NCBI GenBank assembly: GCA_963693365.1
Contig: CAVNZM010000008.1
Coordinates: 4,240,310 to 4,304,309 of the forward strand
Reading direction: 5' to 3'
DNA length: 64,000 nucleotides
Origin: Amoebidium appalachense
Taxonomy: Eukaryota; Protista; Ichthyosporea
In this document: piece after piece, positions 57,465 to 64,000 of the stretch
Position numbering within the stretch: position 1 is the stretch's first letter
Layout of the letters: each line of letters starts with the position of its first letter
Program-made: the position numbers and the translations under genes
Notes under the pieces: generated by a model
Told to the model about the DNA's origin: nothing
The model's database searches: none
What the model saw: the letters and a program-made list of their open reading frames with translations, nothing else

Positions 57465-58046
57465 TCCCCAGTCCCCACCCCAACACAGCATCAATACTTT
57501 TTCTGTACAAATCCCGCATGTAACCAATCTGAGCGCCTTTACCTATAATTATTGACAAACCGCCTCCCCCCCACCCTCTCCCCCTCCACACAGACATGCA
57601 CGCACACACACCCTACACTTACACACGTCCCTCACCCCACACCCCACACCCTACATCCCACACCTCGCCCATATCTGACACGAATGTACTTGTTTAACCC
57701 ACATGCTCTCTCTCTTTTGTTTTACTTGCTGGTGATGTTCCTTTCATTGAAAATAAAAATAAAGTTTTTGTAAAACATAAAAAAAAAGCCGGAATATATC
57801 TGCATGGCTTTATGCGTTTGAATTAATTATTCATGACCTACTGTCGACCTCGCTCTCACACCCCAACCTCCCCTTGCCCTCTCTTCTCCCCCAACACTAG
57901 CACACACACACATACACGCGCACACACACACACACACACACGCACACACACACACACCAACACACACACACACACACACACACACACATTCACACACTCA
58001 CACACACAAACACACAAACACACACACACACACGCGCGCGCACACA

Positions 58047-58087
<41 letters not shown>

Positions 58088-58440
58088 TAGAGGCCAAAGT
58101 GGTAATGAACCACAAGGCCAACCCAGACGCAAGCCAACAGGAAGTTCATATCCGCACCGGGCAGAGGGTGGTCCTGCTGAGCGAAAGCCTAAATTCCAAA
58201 ATGGCGGAAATTCAAATTTCAGGCCTGATACCCACATGGAGCATAGAGGAAAACCCCGATTCCGATACAGGTGTAGCCCAAAAACAGGCGACGGTGATTG
58301 AAAATTTCGAAGCGGAGGCGGATACTGAGTTGACTGTTTCCAAGGGGGATTTGGTGTTTGTGGTGCAGCTGGGGGAGGAGGGATGGGTGGAGGTGATGGT
58401 GAGGGGGTGGGTGCCTAGCAGGTGCTTGCAGCTGCTGTAG
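53333..58440 (+). CDS. Multipass membrane protein with acidic linker and C-terminal tandem SH3 domains, ~453 aa; exons 53333-53803, 54765-54878, 55742-55882, 57047-57332, 58091-58440
   Basis: About 6-7 hydrophobic segments; [10 protein letters not shown] linker; SH3-1 AKVVMNHKA...[13 protein letters not shown]...SGLIP; SH3-2 [47 protein letters not shown]. Intron 2 needs a GC donor. Confidence 0.8.
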
Positions 58441-58453
58441 ATGATAGGGAGTG

Positions 58454-58504
<51 letters not shown>

Positions 58505-58526
58505 CGTGCGTGCCTGCTTGTTGGTA

Positions 58527-58579
<53 letters not shown>

Positions 58580-59299
58580 TTCTTTCTTCCTTTTTTTTCT
58601 TTTTTTTCTTTTCTTTCTTTCTTTCTTTCTTTTTTTGTTTTGGGGGGGAGGAGGAGGGGGAGGGGGGGACAAAGCACACTGATTGTACTGAATGTCTGAC
58701 ATTTTTGTGACTGTATTTATGTTTTATTTTTTCATTGGTGCATCTCTGCTTCTTGCTATAGGGTCTTTTCTTCATTCTTAATCTTTCTCAAATATCATGT
58801 GGAACGAAAAAAGACAAAGGCTAATGTTATGCAAGGAGTAGCATTATATTAGCTATATGTAAACCAATCAAGCTTCGGTGGTGTGGTGTAAATAAATCAC
58901 CGGACTCCCACTCGGGAAAACAGATCTTGCTAGACAGATTACATTCTCTCATGCTATTTAGTCCACATATTGGTTGTAACACTTTCTATCGACTTCTAGC
59001 AAAAAATATGTACAACGGTTAGGTGACGTACCCCACATTATGCAAGGGCAACATGACCTATCTGGAATAAACTATTACCACAAACCTGAAATAAGCCCGA
59101 GTGTTGTGTTTGGTCCCCCCCCTCCCCCCCCCCCCCCCCCCCCCCTCCCCACCACCACCACCACCACCAAAAGGCACCACCATCACCCACCCCACGACTT
59201 TTCCTGTCCAGATTCCTGTCGATCTATGTCTCGTTGCGGTTATAACCATTCAACCCCTACTAAATAAGCTAAAAATAGACCGGGAATTTTCAGAGACAT

Positions 59300-62765
<3,466 letters not shown>

Positions 62766-62863
62766 CTTGGGGGGGAGGGGGGGGGGGGGGGGGGGGAGGT
62801 AAGAATGGGTGTTTGAGTGAGGGAGATGTGGTAGGTTTCTTTCTTTTTTTCTTTTTCTTTTTT

Positions 62864-63008
<145 letters not shown>

Positions 63009-64000
63009 TCATCCTGTGCCGGTATGTTTTTGTACGCGTGTGGGGATGTGTGCCCGCCCATGTGGGTGTTCATTCATTTGCTAATGTGTATCTTCCACGA
63101 GAAGACACACTTTGTTTTTCGTAATTTTCGACCCATCGCTTGGAATAAGAGAAAAGAAGAGAGAGGAGTAGAATTATCGCATCGGAACATCCCAGAACTT
63201 GATCGAAACCTCCTCGACCTTAATGAAAGCCAATTTTTCGCTCTATCGAGCGGCACCAGTTGTTTGTTAGCAACGCACACACAAAAAGGTTTCATTAGCA
63301 TATATGTTTTTTGGTTAAAGAGCCCTTGCTACCAGATGACGACTGTTTTCACATCTGAAAAGCCATCTAATCATCAAATGGATCTAATGTCAAATCAACC
63401 CAAAACATTTATATCAAATACCAGCCATTGGGTATTAAAGTTAGGTCAATTTATACCGACAGCTTTAACAGAGTCTGTATTCTCGTGGAAGGTACATATT
63501 AGGTGTGCTTATGAGGGCGGGAGGTTGTACGTTTTCGATAGTGGATGCCGGGCAAGTGGGGGAGGGGGGAGGAATTGGGGGGGGGGAGGGGGGGAGGGGG
63601 GAGGGGGGGAAGATATGTGTTACAAGGTGCTTCAACAAAGGAAGCAAAGCAATCGTGTGCCCTATTGATGAACGCACACACATACACTCACGGACACGTA
63701 AACACGCACGCACGTGCGCACACATGCGCGTGCACACACGCACACACACACCGAGTAATCTCAGGCTAAAAGATAATGCAGTATATGTGAAAATGACTAT
63801 CAAGACACCATAACAAACGGGATGAGAGAAAGAGGGAGAGTGGAACTCCCATGCCTTTGTTGGGGTGAGGTGGGTGAGATGGAGGAATATAGAGGGTGGG
63901 GGAGGAGGGGGTGGGTGGGTTGGGGGGAGGGGGGGGGGGGATGAGGAGCGGGGGAGACAGTTGGTGCGTGCCTCAATGTGTGTGGTATGTGTGTGTGTAT

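Overview
Eukaryotic nuclear DNA, intron-rich and full of poly-G/poly-C runs and (CA)/(GT) microsatellites, so most of the supplied ORFs are noise. The histone sequences lie between animal and fungal types, suggesting a non-animal opisthokont such as a unicellular holozoan (inference only). Genes rebuilt by hand, in order: a KCTD-type BTB + WD40-like gene running off the left edge (missed by the ORF track); intronless H2B, H3 and H4; a tandem ~4 kb duplication with an F-box gene and its pseudogene; a GPI-anchored glycoprotein; a 13-exon secreted prolyl-4-hydroxylase-like + LamG-like protein; RidA; an arrestin-FYVE protein; a Phactr/Bni4-type PP1-binding protein; a multipass membrane protein with tandem SH3 domains; and the 3' half of a tropomodulin-like gene. 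The top signal is that all three histone genes end in the same variant 16-nt histone stem-loop (GGTGTT-NNNN-AACACC) followed by a shared 15-nt element (TTSAAAGNTWKTATC). This predicts animal-style SLBP/U7 processing and the 5' sequence of an unannotated U7-like snRNA. Other highlights: a 60-bp minisatellite made of duplicated splice acceptors, a P4H lacking its distal iron ligand, and two SH3 domains that both lack the distal loop. All exon models are manual and lack transcript support.
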